DNA of 64,000 nucleotides from an uncultured Gemmatimonadales bacterium (GTDB lineage: Bacteria; Gemmatimonadota; Gemmatimonadetes; Longimicrobiales; RSA9). Both the position numbers and the translations under genes were made by a program. Below, piece after piece: positions 20,487 through 30,239 of this stretch; within the stretch, counting starts at the first letter, position 1; every line of letters begins with the position of its first letter. The DNA lies in the NCBI GenBank assembly GCA_963783305.1, contig CAWAMW010000015.1:224001-288000 (forward strand), read 5' to 3'. The notes beneath the pieces were generated by a model. It ran no database searches, had not been told where the DNA came from, and worked only from the letters and a program-made list of their open reading frames with translations.

Positions 20487-22226
20487 CTAGAACCCGCCGG
20501 ACCGGTCGATGTAGGGCGTAACCATGATCAGCAGGTCTTCCTTGTCTTCCTGAACGGTCGTGTTCCTGAAGAGGCCGCCGATCAAGGGGAGATGCATAAG
20601 GATCGGTATGCCCTGAAGCGTGGTCGTCAAATCCTTCGTGGTGAGCCCGCTGATAACGGCGGTCTGGCCGTCGTTCAGCAGGATCTCCGTATCCGTCTCC
20701 TGCGTGCCGAAAACATAGCCGGCGTCTGCGGAGAAGGAGGTGATCTGGGAGCGCTCGGCGTGCAGGTTCACGAGCACCTGGTTCGTGCCTACCACGTGGG
20801 GAGTGAGCTCGACGATGACGCCGGTCTCCTCCGTCCGGACCTGAGCCCGCGGGCCTTCGGCTCCAGCGGCGCCCTGATCGACCACGCGGATGGGAGTTCG
20901 CTCGCCAACGTGGACGCGGGCGGAGCGGTGGTCGAGCACGGTAACGACGGGATCGGCCTGGAGCTCGGCCAGCTCCAGACGCTCGATGGCTTCGATCCAC
21001 GTGATCAGCGCATGGCGGCCCACGAGCAGTGTGGTCACGACGTCGAAGGTCGCGCCCGTGATCTCCTCGGCGGCGTTGCCGAGGGCGGAAATAGCGTTAC
21101 CGGTGATGCTGACCTGCTCACTCCCCGGTGTCAGCTGTCCGAGCTCCGGCGAGTGGGAGTCCCGCAGCTCGTAGCGGACGCCGTACCTCTGGAGATCGCT
21201 CCTGCGGACCGTGAGGATGCGGACCTGGATGGTCACCTGGGGCGTCCTCTGATCGAGCGACGGGACCAGGTTGCGGAGCCGGTCCACCACCGACTGGCGC
21301 GCGGAGACGATCAGGGAGTTCGTGGCACGGTTCACCGCCACGTTCCCGACCGCCTGCTCGCCCTGCGCCAGGAGCTGACGCACCTGGGGAGCCACGGAGT
21401 CGGCGGAGACGTACTGGAGCTGGAAAGCCTCGGTGACCATCTCCTCCTGCGTCTCCAACTCCCTCTGCTGCTGACGGGACGTGACCATGATGATCCCGCT
21501 GGGCAGCTCGGTGGCAGTGAGGCCCTGCCCTCCCAGAATCGCCCGGAGCGCCTCATCCCACGGCTGCCCCTGGATAGCGGCCGTGATGGTCTGATTCGCG
21601 ACGCCCTGCCCGGGTACGATGCTGCGTCCAGAGAAATCGGCGAATGTCCCGATCACGTCGGTGATGGGCGTGTTCCTGAACTCGACGGTGATAACCGGCT
21701 GCTGGGGCTGCTGAGGTGCCTCGATCACCTGTGGCCGCGTCACGGGCACCGCGGTGCTTCGCCGATCGGTCGGCGCCTCGGCGACGGCGCGCCCCATGGG
21801 CTCCTGACGGTCCCGGGCGGCCTCGACGCGTCGCGGAGCGGCCTGCGAGGACCACGTCTCGAAGGCGTCGGAGGGGTTGGAGAAGGAAATCCGGACGCCG
21901 CCATCACCCTCTTCAATGACGTACTCGACCGGACGGACGAGATCCACCACGACGCGGGTGACGCCGGGCTGGAACTGGCTGGACCGCAGGGCCAGAACGC
22001 CGCCCCGGTTGATGTCCAGGTACTGCCGTTGTGCGAGCTCGAAATCGGCGCCGTGCAGGTCTACGACAATGCGGGCGGGACTCGAGAGCATCTGGTGCTC
22101 GACGGTCACCGCGTCGTCGGTGTCGATGAATACCTGCGTGCGTTCGCCGGCCGAGACGACGCTCAGTCCCTGCACGCCCGCCAGCGCGGCGAGCAGCAAA
22201 GTGCGCAGCATCATAATCGGGATCAT
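20487..22226 (-). CDS. pilQ: Type IV pilus secretin with AMIN domain
   Basis: AMIN motifs (PARIVVDL, TRVVVDL), PWDEAL, NRATNSLIV, GIPILMHLPLIGGLF..LLIMVTP. Confidence 0.93.
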   Translation of the reverse strand: MIPIMMLRTLLLAALAGVQGLSVVSAGERTQVFIDTDDAVTVEHQMLSSPARIVVDLHGADFELAQRQYLDINRGGVLALRSSQFQPGVTRVVVDLVRPVEYVIEEGDGGVRISFSNPSDAFETWSSQAAPRRVEAARDRQEPMGRAVAEAPTDRRSTAVPVTRPQVIEAPQQPQQPVITVEFRNTPITDVIGTFADFSGRSIVPGQGVANQTITAAIQGQPWDEALRAILGGQGLTATELPSGIIMVTSRQQQRELETQEEMVTEAFQLQYVSADSVAPQVRQLLAQGEQAVGNVAVNRATNSLIVSARQSVVDRLRNLVPSLDQRTPQVTIQVRILTVRRSDLQRYGVRYELRDSHSPELGQLTPGSEQVSITGNAISALGNAAEEITGATFDVVTTLLVGRHALITWIEAIERLELAELQADPVVTVLDHRSARVHVGERTPIRVVDQGAAGAEGPRAQVRTEETGVIVELTPHVVGTNQVLVNLHAERSQITSFSADAGYVFGTQETDTEILLNDGQTAVISGLTTKDLTTTLQGIPILMHLPLIGGLFRNTTVQEDKEDLLIMVTPYIDRSGGF

Positions 22227-22654
22227 CGGTCGGTGCCTCCCCTTGTTGGCAGCTCCAGTATCTCCTGCCGGACGGTGCCAAAGTTCTCGACTGCCAGGAC
22301 GACCCGCATGGGGCCGATCTCGATCACTCGTGAGTTCCCTACGACATCACCTACGCGGACCCGGTGGATCCGTCCATCGCTGTCGCCCAGAAGCGCGACA
22401 CTCCTGCCGCGGCCCGTGGAGTATATGATTCCCTGAAGCGAGAGCGCCTCGAAGCTAGGGCCCAGCTCATCCTGCGCGGTCAGCGGCCGGAACGGGTCCC
22501 GCCGGTTCTCACCCGCATAGATGAAAACCTCCCGGTCGAAGACGAGGGTGATCTGCCCCGCGTCGACGCTGTCCGGTGCCTGGGCCGGAGCGGGCGCGGC
22601 GAGCGCGGCGATGGCGATGAGCGCGACGAGCGCTCCCCTCACGGCGCTACTCAC
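22223..22654 (-). CDS. pilP: PilP-like pilus assembly protein
   Basis: RRDPFRPL, L.LQGIIY, VRVGD motifs; lies between pilO and pilQ; no lipobox Cys seen. Confidence 0.7.
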   Translation of the reverse strand: MSSAVRGALVALIAIAALAAPAPAQAPDSVDAGQITLVFDREVFIYAGENRRDPFRPLTAQDELGPSFEALSLQGIIYSTGRGRSVALLGDSDGRIHRVRVGDVVGNSRVIEIGPMRVVLAVENFGTVRQEILELPTRGGTDR

Positions 22655-23240
22655 TGGTCTCCGCCTCGCCGCTGGGTGCCGCCGGATCCGGCAGTACGTA
22701 CGTCTCGATGATGAACGAAGCCTGAAGACGTCCGTTCTCGGCCGTGCGGCCGTGGGGCGTGAGGCTCAGGTCCGTGGGAGTAATAATCCGCGGCAACGAT
22801 CCGATCTCCGTCAGGAAGCGCCCGATCTCGTGATATCCGCCATGGACGGTCATCTCAAAGGTGCGCCTGTTGTAGTGGGTGCCGGCGGTGGTCCGGCCCG
22901 GCGTGAAGCGGGCAACGGTGACGCCGATCTGGTCCGCTCGCTGGCTGATGGTGTTGAGGAGCTGAGAAACCTCCTCACTGCGTGGCACGAGCTCCTCGAG
23001 CCGTCCGATATGGCGCTCGAACCGCACCAGTCGCTCCTCCAGCTGTCGGCTCTCTGGAGCGCGGAGGCGCGCCTGCGCGTTCCGCCGCTCCAGCGACTCC
23101 TGCCGCGTTTCCATGGCCTGGAGCTCGGTCACGTAGTCGCCGTGCAGGAAGTACCAGTAGCCGAACAGCAGCAGCAGCGGAATCAGGCCGATCAGCAGAC
23201 GCTTCTGCTGGGCCGGATCTTCAGGAAGTCCCAGTGCCAT
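22647..23240 (-). CDS. pilO: Type IV pilus assembly protein PilO
   Basis: N-terminal TM, coiled coil, LVP..EEVSQLL, GGYHEIGRFL..IGSLPRI. Confidence 0.9.
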   Translation of the reverse strand: MALGLPEDPAQQKRLLIGLIPLLLLFGYWYFLHGDYVTELQAMETRQESLERRNAQARLRAPESRQLEERLVRFERHIGRLEELVPRSEEVSQLLNTISQRADQIGVTVARFTPGRTTAGTHYNRRTFEMTVHGGYHEIGRFLTEIGSLPRIITPTDLSLTPHGRTAENGRLQASFIIETYVLPDPAAPSGEAETSE

Positions 23241-23916
23241 TGTCGGCCTCCTCTACGGCTGTATCGCCCGGCTCGAAGAGCGGAACGGTCTCGATCACGT
23301 CGAGCGGCGGGACCTGGTACTGCCCGGTGAGGCCGAAGTTGTTCACGACCTTGGTCGGGTCACCACCGATCTGGGCCTGCTCGCTGCTGACGAGCTGAAT
23401 GTTGCGCAGGAACGGCGAGGCCTCGAGAGCGTCCATGAACCGGGTGAGAGCGGGCAGGCTGCCCGTCCGTCCCTGGATCTGGAAAGCGGGCTGCGTGCTG
23501 CTGCCGTCCACGGCGTCCACGGCCTCGAGCCAGGTGAACGGGGGCAGTGCGCGGCTGACCTCGTCGAGGATATGCGGCCAGATGAAGCGACCGGCGTCGA
23601 TTTCCTGAATGATATTGAGCTTCTGGGCAATGGTGTCCTGCCGGGCCCGAAGCCGGGTCTGGGTCTGGATGACCGCGCTGTACCGGGCGGAATCCGCCGC
23701 GGCCTGATCGAGCGCGATCTGGACCTCCGTCATGTCGCCGCGTACGCCGAGGAACAGCCAGAGTCCGACCACCGGCCCGAGGATCCACGCCAGGGCGATG
23801 AACCATGCCATGCGGTCCATTTCGGGCATGGCGGACGGCATCTTGAATGGCAGCCCGGAGAGGCCTGCTCGTTTTGGGCGCTTCTCGGCGCCGGGTAGGA
23901 GATTGATATGAATCAT
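23221..23916 (-). CDS. pilN: Type IV pilus assembly protein PilN
   Basis: N-terminal INLLP motif, TM, ALPPFTWL, FMDALEASPF. Confidence 0.92.
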   Translation of the reverse strand: MIHINLLPGAEKRPKRAGLSGLPFKMPSAMPEMDRMAWFIALAWILGPVVGLWLFLGVRGDMTEVQIALDQAAADSARYSAVIQTQTRLRARQDTIAQKLNIIQEIDAGRFIWPHILDEVSRALPPFTWLEAVDAVDGSSTQPAFQIQGRTGSLPALTRFMDALEASPFLRNIQLVSSEQAQIGGDPTKVVNNFGLTGQYQVPPLDVIETVPLFEPGDTAVEEADNGTGTS

Positions 23917-23923
23917 GACTGCG

Positions 23924-24961
23924 TCACACCCTCCGCATGGCGAGACCCACGGGCAGCATCAGCATGGGTGCCAGCTCGTCCACCGCGACCTCCATGGTGA
24001 CCTCCGGACTTACGGCGACACGCTCGAGTGGGTTGGCCATCTGTGTAGCGACACCGAGGCGATCACCGAGCGCTGCTACCACGCCTGGGACCCGGGCCCC
24101 GCCGCCCGAAAGGAACACCTGTGTTACGCCCTCGCCGCCCGACTGGGCGGTGATGAATGCAATGGCACGCTCGATCCCCACCGCCAGCTCGTCCACCCGC
24201 TCGAGGACGAATGATTCGAGATCGACCGCCGCTTCCCTGCCCTGGATCACCGCCTCCGCCTGTTCGGCCGTGAAGCCGCGCTCGCGCTGGAGCGCCTCGC
24301 GGATCCGCCGGGATCCGAAGGGAATGTCCCGGACCACGATGGGGATCCCCTCGTCCAGTATGTTCACGTTGGCGGTTTCATGGCCAATGTTCACGAGCGC
24401 GACCATCCCGGCCATGCTGTCCGGGTAGCTCTGCTCGAACGCGTTGTGGAGCGCGAAGGCGTCCACGTCGATCACCACGGGCCTGAGGCCGGCATCGGCG
24501 AGCAGCGTCATCCGGTTCTCGATAAGCTCCCGCTTCGCGGCCACGAGCAGGACGGACATCTGGGCCCCATCCTCGTCCGGATCCAGGATCTGGAAGTCGA
24601 GCTGGACGCTCTCCATATCGAACGGGACGTGCTGGTGGGCCTCCCACCGGATCAGCTCCCGGGCCTCGGAGTCATCCATGCGATCCATCTGGATCTTCTT
24701 GATGATCACGTCGTGGCCGCCCACGGCCGCCACGACCTCCTTGGTGCCCAGGCCCGCGGACTCGACGACGGCGCGGATCGTGTCAACAACCAACACGGGG
24801 TCCATGACCTCGCCCTCCACGATGGCGTCGGGGACCAACGCGCTGGTGGCGATCTTCGTGATCTCGGGATCGCCCTTGGAATGATCCACGGCGACCAGCT
24901 TCACGAAGCCACTGCCGATGTCCAGCCCCGCGGTGACCTTGCTTCGGCCGAAAAGTCCCAT
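23924..24961 (-). CDS. pilM: Type IV pilus assembly protein PilM
   Basis: GLDIGS, WEA...VPF, LLVAAK, DVDAFAL, LSGGGA, VGLAMR. Confidence 0.96.
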   Translation of the reverse strand: MGLFGRSKVTAGLDIGSGFVKLVAVDHSKGDPEITKIATSALVPDAIVEGEVMDPVLVVDTIRAVVESAGLGTKEVVAAVGGHDVIIKKIQMDRMDDSEARELIRWEAHQHVPFDMESVQLDFQILDPDEDGAQMSVLLVAAKRELIENRMTLLADAGLRPVVIDVDAFALHNAFEQSYPDSMAGMVALVNIGHETANVNILDEGIPIVVRDIPFGSRRIREALQRERGFTAEQAEAVIQGREAAVDLESFVLERVDELAVGIERAIAFITAQSGGEGVTQVFLSGGGARVPGVVAALGDRLGVATQMANPLERVAVSPEVTMEVAVDELAPMLMLPVGLAMRRV

Positions 24962-25011
24962 TCGTCAGGATCCGTTAGTAACGTGGGAAGGTCGTTGTGG
25001 CGGAGTGTGAC

Positions 25012-25040
25012 AGGCTACTTCCGCCGCGGATGCGTGTCAA
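25012..25040 (-). promoter_or_regulatory. Sigma70-type promoter for pilMNOPQ
   Basis: TTGACA-17 bp-TAGCCT on the minus strand, about 50 bp upstream of pilM. Confidence 0.65.
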
Positions 25041-25078
25041 TGCGTGAACCCGAGAATCTCGGGCGATGCCGGTCCGGC

Positions 25079-26260
25079 TCACAGTCCGGCCAGGGGCGGC
25101 GAATCAATGATCCAGCCCCGAACGGCGAGCGGCTCGATGCGGAGGGCGGCGTTCAGCGCCTTCTGGATCTCGCAGCTGTTGTAGTGGACCTGGGCGTTAC
25201 CCGACGTAGTGCTCTCGGTGTCGATCTCGCTGTTACCGCGCGCGATGACCGTCCCGTTGATCTTCCCGGTGCCCAGCCCCGTGCCGCGCATCTTGAAGCT
25301 CCCCATGACGATGACGACGCCGGTGAACTCGAAGTTGCCCGCCAGCTCCAGATCGCCGTCCACGATCAGGACCCCCTGTCCGCGGCCGGTGGTGAGCTTC
25401 ATGTCGCCGGCCACGTGGATCACGGGATAGTGCTCCGCGCACTCGGCGACGTGATCCGAATGGGTGGAGTCCAGGGGCTCACCCCAGTTGGAGGCATCGC
25501 TCGTGTCGCAGAGGTCGACACCGCTCTCCGTAGCGAGGCTGGGCGCCATGTTGGACGGGTCCGCTCCGCTTGGGTATTTCAGGGTGGCGGCCGCCCTGAA
25601 CGGATCGACGTCGAACGCCTCCAGGACGGTCAGCAGGTTGGGGTCCTGATCGACGGGCGGATCGCCCATGATCCGGTTCTCGTGGGGGTTCTTCTGAATC
25701 CCGGTGACGAGCGACGTATCCGCGGCCATGACGCCTGGAACGGAATCGGCGGCCGCGCACTGATCGGCGCCGTTCACGAGCGAGTTGCCGCCGGCGTCGA
25801 ACTCGCCATAGACGGTCATGGCCGACTTGTACGGCAGCTCCGTGCGGGAAGCGGACACCAGGCGCGCGATCCGGCGGGTGGCGGTGTCCCGCCCCTGCAC
25901 CACGCGGCCTTCCGACTGGATTATGTAGGCGCTGCTGTCCGGCGCCAGCGCGAGGACGTAGGCCATGTAGGTCTCGTCACCGCCGGTGCCGTCGTGGGCA
26001 TTGAACCGGCCGAAGGTGTCCACCGTCCCCACGGGGATGTGCTCGAGATCGGAATTCTTCCAGCGGGCCATGCGCTCCTCGATGCCATACTCCGCCGCGA
26101 GCAGCGCGCGGCTGCCGAGGTCGGTGCTCACGCTGACGTCGTGCTCCTGCGCGGAGACGTAGAAGCCGCCCGTGAGGATAGCGCCGATGACGAACATGGC
26201 CAGCAGAGTGGCGGGCAAGGCGAAGCCCGCGCGACTGTAATTGTGTCTATCGTGGCTCAT
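25079..26260 (-). CDS. PilX-like minor pilin (cassette A)
   Basis: Class III leader RAG|FALPA lacking Glu5; AAEYG motif; Gly/Val-rich beta C-terminus. Confidence 0.8.
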   Translation of the reverse strand: MSHDRHNYSRAGFALPATLLAMFVIGAILTGGFYVSAQEHDVSVSTDLGSRALLAAEYGIEERMARWKNSDLEHIPVGTVDTFGRFNAHDGTGGDETYMAYVLALAPDSSAYIIQSEGRVVQGRDTATRRIARLVSASRTELPYKSAMTVYGEFDAGGNSLVNGADQCAAADSVPGVMAADTSLVTGIQKNPHENRIMGDPPVDQDPNLLTVLEAFDVDPFRAAATLKYPSGADPSNMAPSLATESGVDLCDTSDASNWGEPLDSTHSDHVAECAEHYPVIHVAGDMKLTTGRGQGVLIVDGDLELAGNFEFTGVVIVMGSFKMRGTGLGTGKINGTVIARGNSEIDTESTTSGNAQVHYNSCEIQKALNAALRIEPLAVRGWIIDSPPLAGL

Positions 26261-26268
26261 ATCCCACC

Positions 26269-27123
26269 TCAGTTGTTCCGCAGGAAAACGCTGCTCGAAA
26301 GCTCAACGGGATCGGCACCTGCCCGCGGCGCGGCGACCGCAGTGATCAGGATGGTGGCGATGTCCGTGGGGTTCACTGGCGTCGCCGTGATGGTGTCTCG
26401 GCTGGAATCCAGGTAGGTGAAGGTCAGCCCCGCCCCCGGTTCGTCCAGCCCGACGACGATCTCATCGACGCTGTCGCCACTCCTCCGGCCGAGTCCCCAG
26501 CGCCCGTCGAAGGCATAGAGCCCGTAGGTGACCTTCTCGAGGACGCGAACGGGTGCGCCGCGCCGGACCGAGGCGAGGAAGGCCGAGCCGGGATCGCCGC
26601 CGGTGAGACTGAGGAGATTGATCCTCTGCTCGGCCGTGCCACCGGGGCTGGCCGGGCACGCCACGCTGGACGAACCGACGCTGTGGGCCCTGGCGATCAG
26701 CCAGCGGTCCGGAGTCCCCGTGGTGGCATCGGCCTCCTGAAAGATGAGGACGGGATCGCCGTCCGCCACCGGTGTCGAGGTACTCGGAGACCAGAGGGCG
26801 AGGCGGCGATCGGAGGGCAGCACCTCACAGACGAAGGCCAGAGTGCGCTGCGCCCGGAACTGTATGCTGTCGGCAGTAGCGATCAGGATGTCCGAGGCGC
26901 CAATGGTATCGCCGCCCTGCGTGGCGATCTCGCGGAGCTCCGACTCCAGGATGCCCACAGCGGAGCGGAGCGAGTCATGGCTGCGGATCATGTCGCTGGT
27001 GGTCCGGGAGGCCCGCTCCTGGCTGATCAACGACTGGTAGGCCGCGCCTATGATCACGGCGCCGAGAACGGCGACCACCAGCAGCTCGACCAGGGTGAAC
27101 CCTGCACGTCGCGTACGGATCAT
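26269..27123 (-). CDS. PilW-like minor pilin (cassette A)
   Basis: RRAG|FTLVELLV leader; C-terminal VFLRN. Confidence 0.82.
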   Translation of the reverse strand: MIRTRRAGFTLVELLVVAVLGAVIIGAAYQSLISQERASRTTSDMIRSHDSLRSAVGILESELREIATQGGDTIGASDILIATADSIQFRAQRTLAFVCEVLPSDRRLALWSPSTSTPVADGDPVLIFQEADATTGTPDRWLIARAHSVGSSSVACPASPGGTAEQRINLLSLTGGDPGSAFLASVRRGAPVRVLEKVTYGLYAFDGRWGLGRRSGDSVDEIVVGLDEPGAGLTFTYLDSSRDTITATPVNPTDIATILITAVAAPRAGADPVELSSSVFLRNN

Positions 27124-27515
27124 GATGTGGGCTGGGCACGGGTGATCATGAGCGTATCCGCGATCGCGGGTCGGATCCGACCGCCGCTGTAGCCCGGACC
27201 GCTGGTGATGATCTGGAGGTCCTTGAGCTGGAGCCGCGTGGTCACGAAGACACAGTCGACGGAGAAGCCGTTCGAGAGGACGGGGAACAAGCTCTCGCAC
27301 TCCGACTCCAGGTCGTCCCAGGGGACGGTCCGGAGGAGCTCCGTGGCCTCACGCACGCTCACCGCCCGATCGGTGCGCAGGGATGCGGCATGGACCTGGT
27401 TCATGATGAACCCCGTGGACGCCCCCATGGCCAGCACGGCGACGCTCAGCAGGAGCATGGCGAGGATCACCTCGACCAGCGAGAAGCCGGACCGGTCGCT
27501 CCGCACCCCGATCAC
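27120..27515 (-). CDS. PilV-like minor pilin (cassette A)
   Basis: GTG start overlaps the upstream stop; RSG|FSLVEVILAMLLL. Confidence 0.8.
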   Translation of the reverse strand: MIGVRSDRSGFSLVEVILAMLLLSVAVLAMGASTGFIMNQVHAASLRTDRAVSVREATELLRTVPWDDLESECESLFPVLSNGFSVDCVFVTTRLQLKDLQIITSGPGYSGGRIRPAIADTLMITRAQPTS

Positions 27516-28018
27516 CACGTCACCTGCCCCGCCCCGTTCACGACGAATGCGAGGGTGTCCGAGGCATGGCTGACCCGAACCGTAGCTGGTAGGCCGGAGC
27601 TGCAGCCCGGGTCCGCAAAGCCTGCCGGGACATAGCAGATGACCACGGTGCCGGCCGCGCTGAGATCCGCGCGGATGTCGCCGCTGCCGAGATCCAGCGT
27701 TTCGAGTGTCCCACCATTGCTCAACACGGTGACCGAGTCGCTGTACGGAACCATTTTTACCTTGACCTTGTCGCCCCGCTGGATCGCGGAAGCCCGCGCC
27801 CTGGAGGCAACGGCCGCCACCGCTTCGCGTGCGTTCACCAGCGACCTCCGCTGGAGGTATTCGCTCGCGGGCGGAATGGCGATGGCCGCCAGGATCCCGG
27901 CGATCACCAGGACGAGGAGGAGCTCGACCAGAGTGAAGCCTGGCTGGCGGGCCCACGACCGCGGCCGTCTGAAGCTGAACGATTGGGTAATCACGGCCGG
28001 GATAGATACGATATTCAT
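27512..28018 (-). CDS. FimT/FimU-like minor pilin (cassette A)
   Basis: PG|FTLVELLLVLVIAGILAAIAIP; ARASAI motif. Confidence 0.85.
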   Translation of the reverse strand: MNIVSIPAVITQSFSFRRPRSWARQPGFTLVELLLVLVIAGILAAIAIPPASEYLQRRSLVNAREAVAAVASRARASAIQRGDKVKVKMVPYSDSVTVLSNGGTLETLDLGSGDIRADLSAAGTVVICYVPAGFADPGCSSGLPATVRVSHASDTLAFVVNGAGQVTW

Positions 28019-28118
28019 GCCCAGCCCCCCGCCAGTGCGTGGGGAGGGGGAACAGCGGGATTACGGCCTCTCCGGGTACGACATTAGTTGCTGGTCGCAC
28101 TACAAATTTCCGCCCGTT

Positions 28119-29150
28119 TCAGAAGGATGGAACCCACCACCGGTGTGGTGGGCGGAAGGCCTGATCGAGAGCTGGCGCGGCCAGAGCCTCGGTGAGTGCG
28201 CAGCCATCGCGGCGGACGGTGCCATCGCGCACCAGGACCTCACGGGCCCTGACGGCGCCGTCGACGCGACTGCCCTCGTCGATGGTGAGGCGGCCGCGGA
28301 CGACCACGAGTCCTGAATAGTGTGCGCCGTCCAGGAGATGGGCGTCGCCCTCGACCACGAGAACGCCCCTCCCTTCCCCGCCGATCATGGTGAGGGGGTC
28401 GGTGACGTGGACGAACGGCCGGAGGTCGTGGCAGGGGTGGTCTGGATCGAGGGCGCCCCAGTTCTGGTCGGCGGGGATGCACCCGTCGGGGCCGGCCAGT
28501 GGGAGTGGTGTGAGGGTGTGGGCTGCGGGGGTGACGGTGGCGAGAGCGGCGGCGAGGGTGGTTCCGAAGGGGTCGGGCAGGAGAGCGGCGGCGACGGCTT
28601 CGCTTCGGATCGGGGGGTCTCCCACGACCAGCGCCCCGGGCTGGACTGTATTCGCGGGGGCGTGAACCCCCGGGACCGCGGGTGCGCAGGAATCCTGTCC
28701 GCTCACCAGCCCCTCCTGGACCTCGGCGTAGTCGATGGCGGTGACCGCGGCGGTGAATTCCGTGGCCATGGCGGCGGGCTGGAGCGTCCGCACCAGGAGC
28801 GCCGCCCGTGCGACAGCGGCGGGATGGAGGGTCTCGTGGCCGGGCTCCGCGCTCACCGCCCGCACGAGGTAGAGGCCGCTGTCGAGGCGGATGACCATGG
28901 TCGCAAGGGCGCCCATGGGGCCTGGCGCGCTGTCCCCGAGAGCGAGCTCCGAATAGGCGCGGGTGGACCAGTGGTCGACCGCGTCGAGCGCCGCGGCTTC
29001 GGCGGCGGCCCGGGCGGTCGCCTGGCGGGTGATCGCGGCCGCGAGCATGCTTTCGCCGCTCCCAGTGGCCAGCATGCCGAGCGCCGCAATGGACAGGACC
29101 ATCACGAAGAGCATGGCATAGACGAGGATGAAGCCCGGGCGGGATCTCAA
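28119..29150 (-). CDS. PilX-like minor pilin (cassette B)
   Basis: TTG start overlaps the upstream stop; RPG|FILVY lacking Glu5; C-terminus (NWG, GRGVLVVEGD) paralogous to 25079-26260. Confidence 0.72.
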   Translation of the reverse strand: MRSRPGFILVYAMLFVMVLSIAALGMLATGSGESMLAAAITRQATARAAAEAAALDAVDHWSTRAYSELALGDSAPGPMGALATMVIRLDSGLYLVRAVSAEPGHETLHPAAVARAALLVRTLQPAAMATEFTAAVTAIDYAEVQEGLVSGQDSCAPAVPGVHAPANTVQPGALVVGDPPIRSEAVAAALLPDPFGTTLAAALATVTPAAHTLTPLPLAGPDGCIPADQNWGALDPDHPCHDLRPFVHVTDPLTMIGGEGRGVLVVEGDAHLLDGAHYSGLVVVRGRLTIDEGSRVDGAVRAREVLVRDGTVRRDGCALTEALAAPALDQAFRPPHRWWVPSF

Positions 29151-29872
29151 GGGACCGCTCCGTTGTGCAGGTGAATGGGCAGCAGGGTGAGAGAGTCCTG
29201 GAGGCGCGGGAGCGAATCCGGGTGGAACGGGAGCCGGACGAGGAGCCCCTGGCCTTCCCATCGCTCCATGGCGCCGCCGGCCAGGACCGCCTCCGTCAGT
29301 GGCTGCCGACCGGCCGCGCCCCGTCGGTAGCGCAGCGCCCCATCCGAGATCGCGTACGTGCCGGTCTCGAACACCAGGGCCATCCCCCCCGCAGCGGTGA
29401 CCAGCCCGCTCAGCGCCACCCGGAGTCCGCCATCGCAGACCGGATCGGAGCTGACTGCGACGATGCGGAAGGCCTCCCCGCTGAGAGAACCGTCGTGGAC
29501 GAGGAGCAGGGAGTCCTTCGCGGGATCTGGAAGCCGGACGCCGCGGAATCCGATCACGAGCTCACCGCCCGTGGCGCCGCAGACGGGACCCCCACCCCGG
29601 ATGGCCCGGATCCGCAGCGAGTCCCCGGCGAACGCCACTACATCGGCCGGGGCGAGCCACCGGAGCTCCGCTCCCAGCACCGTGTGTGTGATCCGGATCA
29701 CCTCGGCCGCCCGCAGCCGGTCGGCGGTGCGCGCGGCGCTGCGGCCCTGGGAGCGGGCGAAGCGGGCGAGGGCCAGGAGCACGAGCCCGGAGAGGAAGGC
29801 AACGAGCATCAGCTCGACGAGCGTCGACCCCTGTCGCCGGGAGCCGCGCCGGGAGCCGCGTCGGGAGCCCAC
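29147..29872 (-). CDS. PilW-like minor pilin (cassette B)
   Basis: RRQG|STLVELMLV leader; GDSLRIRA resembles cassette A ADSIQFRA; GRQPL. Confidence 0.72.
   Translation of the reverse strand: MGSRRGSRRGSRRQGSTLVELMLVAFLSGLVLLALARFARSQGRSAARTADRLRAAEVIRITHTVLGAELRWLAPADVVAFAGDSLRIRAIRGGGPVCGATGGELVIGFRGVRLPDPAKDSLLLVHDGSLSGEAFRIVAVSSDPVCDGGLRVALSGLVTAAGGMALVFETGTYAISDGALRYRRGAAGRQPLTEAVLAGGAMERWEGQGLLVRLPFHPDSLPRLQDSLTLLPIHLHNGAVP
29834..29869 (-). repeat. 12-bp in-frame triple repeat in the prepilin leader
   Basis: Encodes GSRR x3. Confidence 0.7.
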
Positions 29873-29873
29873 G

Positions 29874-30239
29874 TCAGGGCTCGCCTGCCGCCGCGAGTCC
29901 GGCATCCGGCAGGACGGGGACCGCGGGCGCCGACCGGCCCTCGAGCTCCACCAGCATCAGGCCATCGACCGTCTCCGCGGTGACGACCAGCTGGCCGGCC
30001 GCCGCGGTCCACCGGATGCGCCAGCCACCGTGCTCCCGCAGTCCGGCGGTGGCGTCGGGAGCCAGTACGAGGGAGTCCAGCACCGCGGCCGCCGCGAACA
30101 CCGCCTCCTGCTGCCGTAGGGCGAAGCTCCCCCGGCGGGTCGCGAGGGTGGATGTCGCTCCCACGCCGACGAGCCCCGCGGCCAGGAGGGTGATCGCCAC
30201 GATCAGCTCGGCGAGGGAATGACCTGGCCGTGACGTCAC
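29874..30239 (-). CDS. PilV-like minor pilin (cassette B)
   Basis: RPG|HSLAELIVAITLL leader. Confidence 0.7.
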   Translation of the reverse strand: MTSRPGHSLAELIVAITLLAAGLVGVGATSTLATRRGSFALRQQEAVFAAAAVLDSLVLAPDATAGLREHGGWRIRWTAAAGQLVVTAETVDGLMLVELEGRSAPAVPVLPDAGLAAAGEP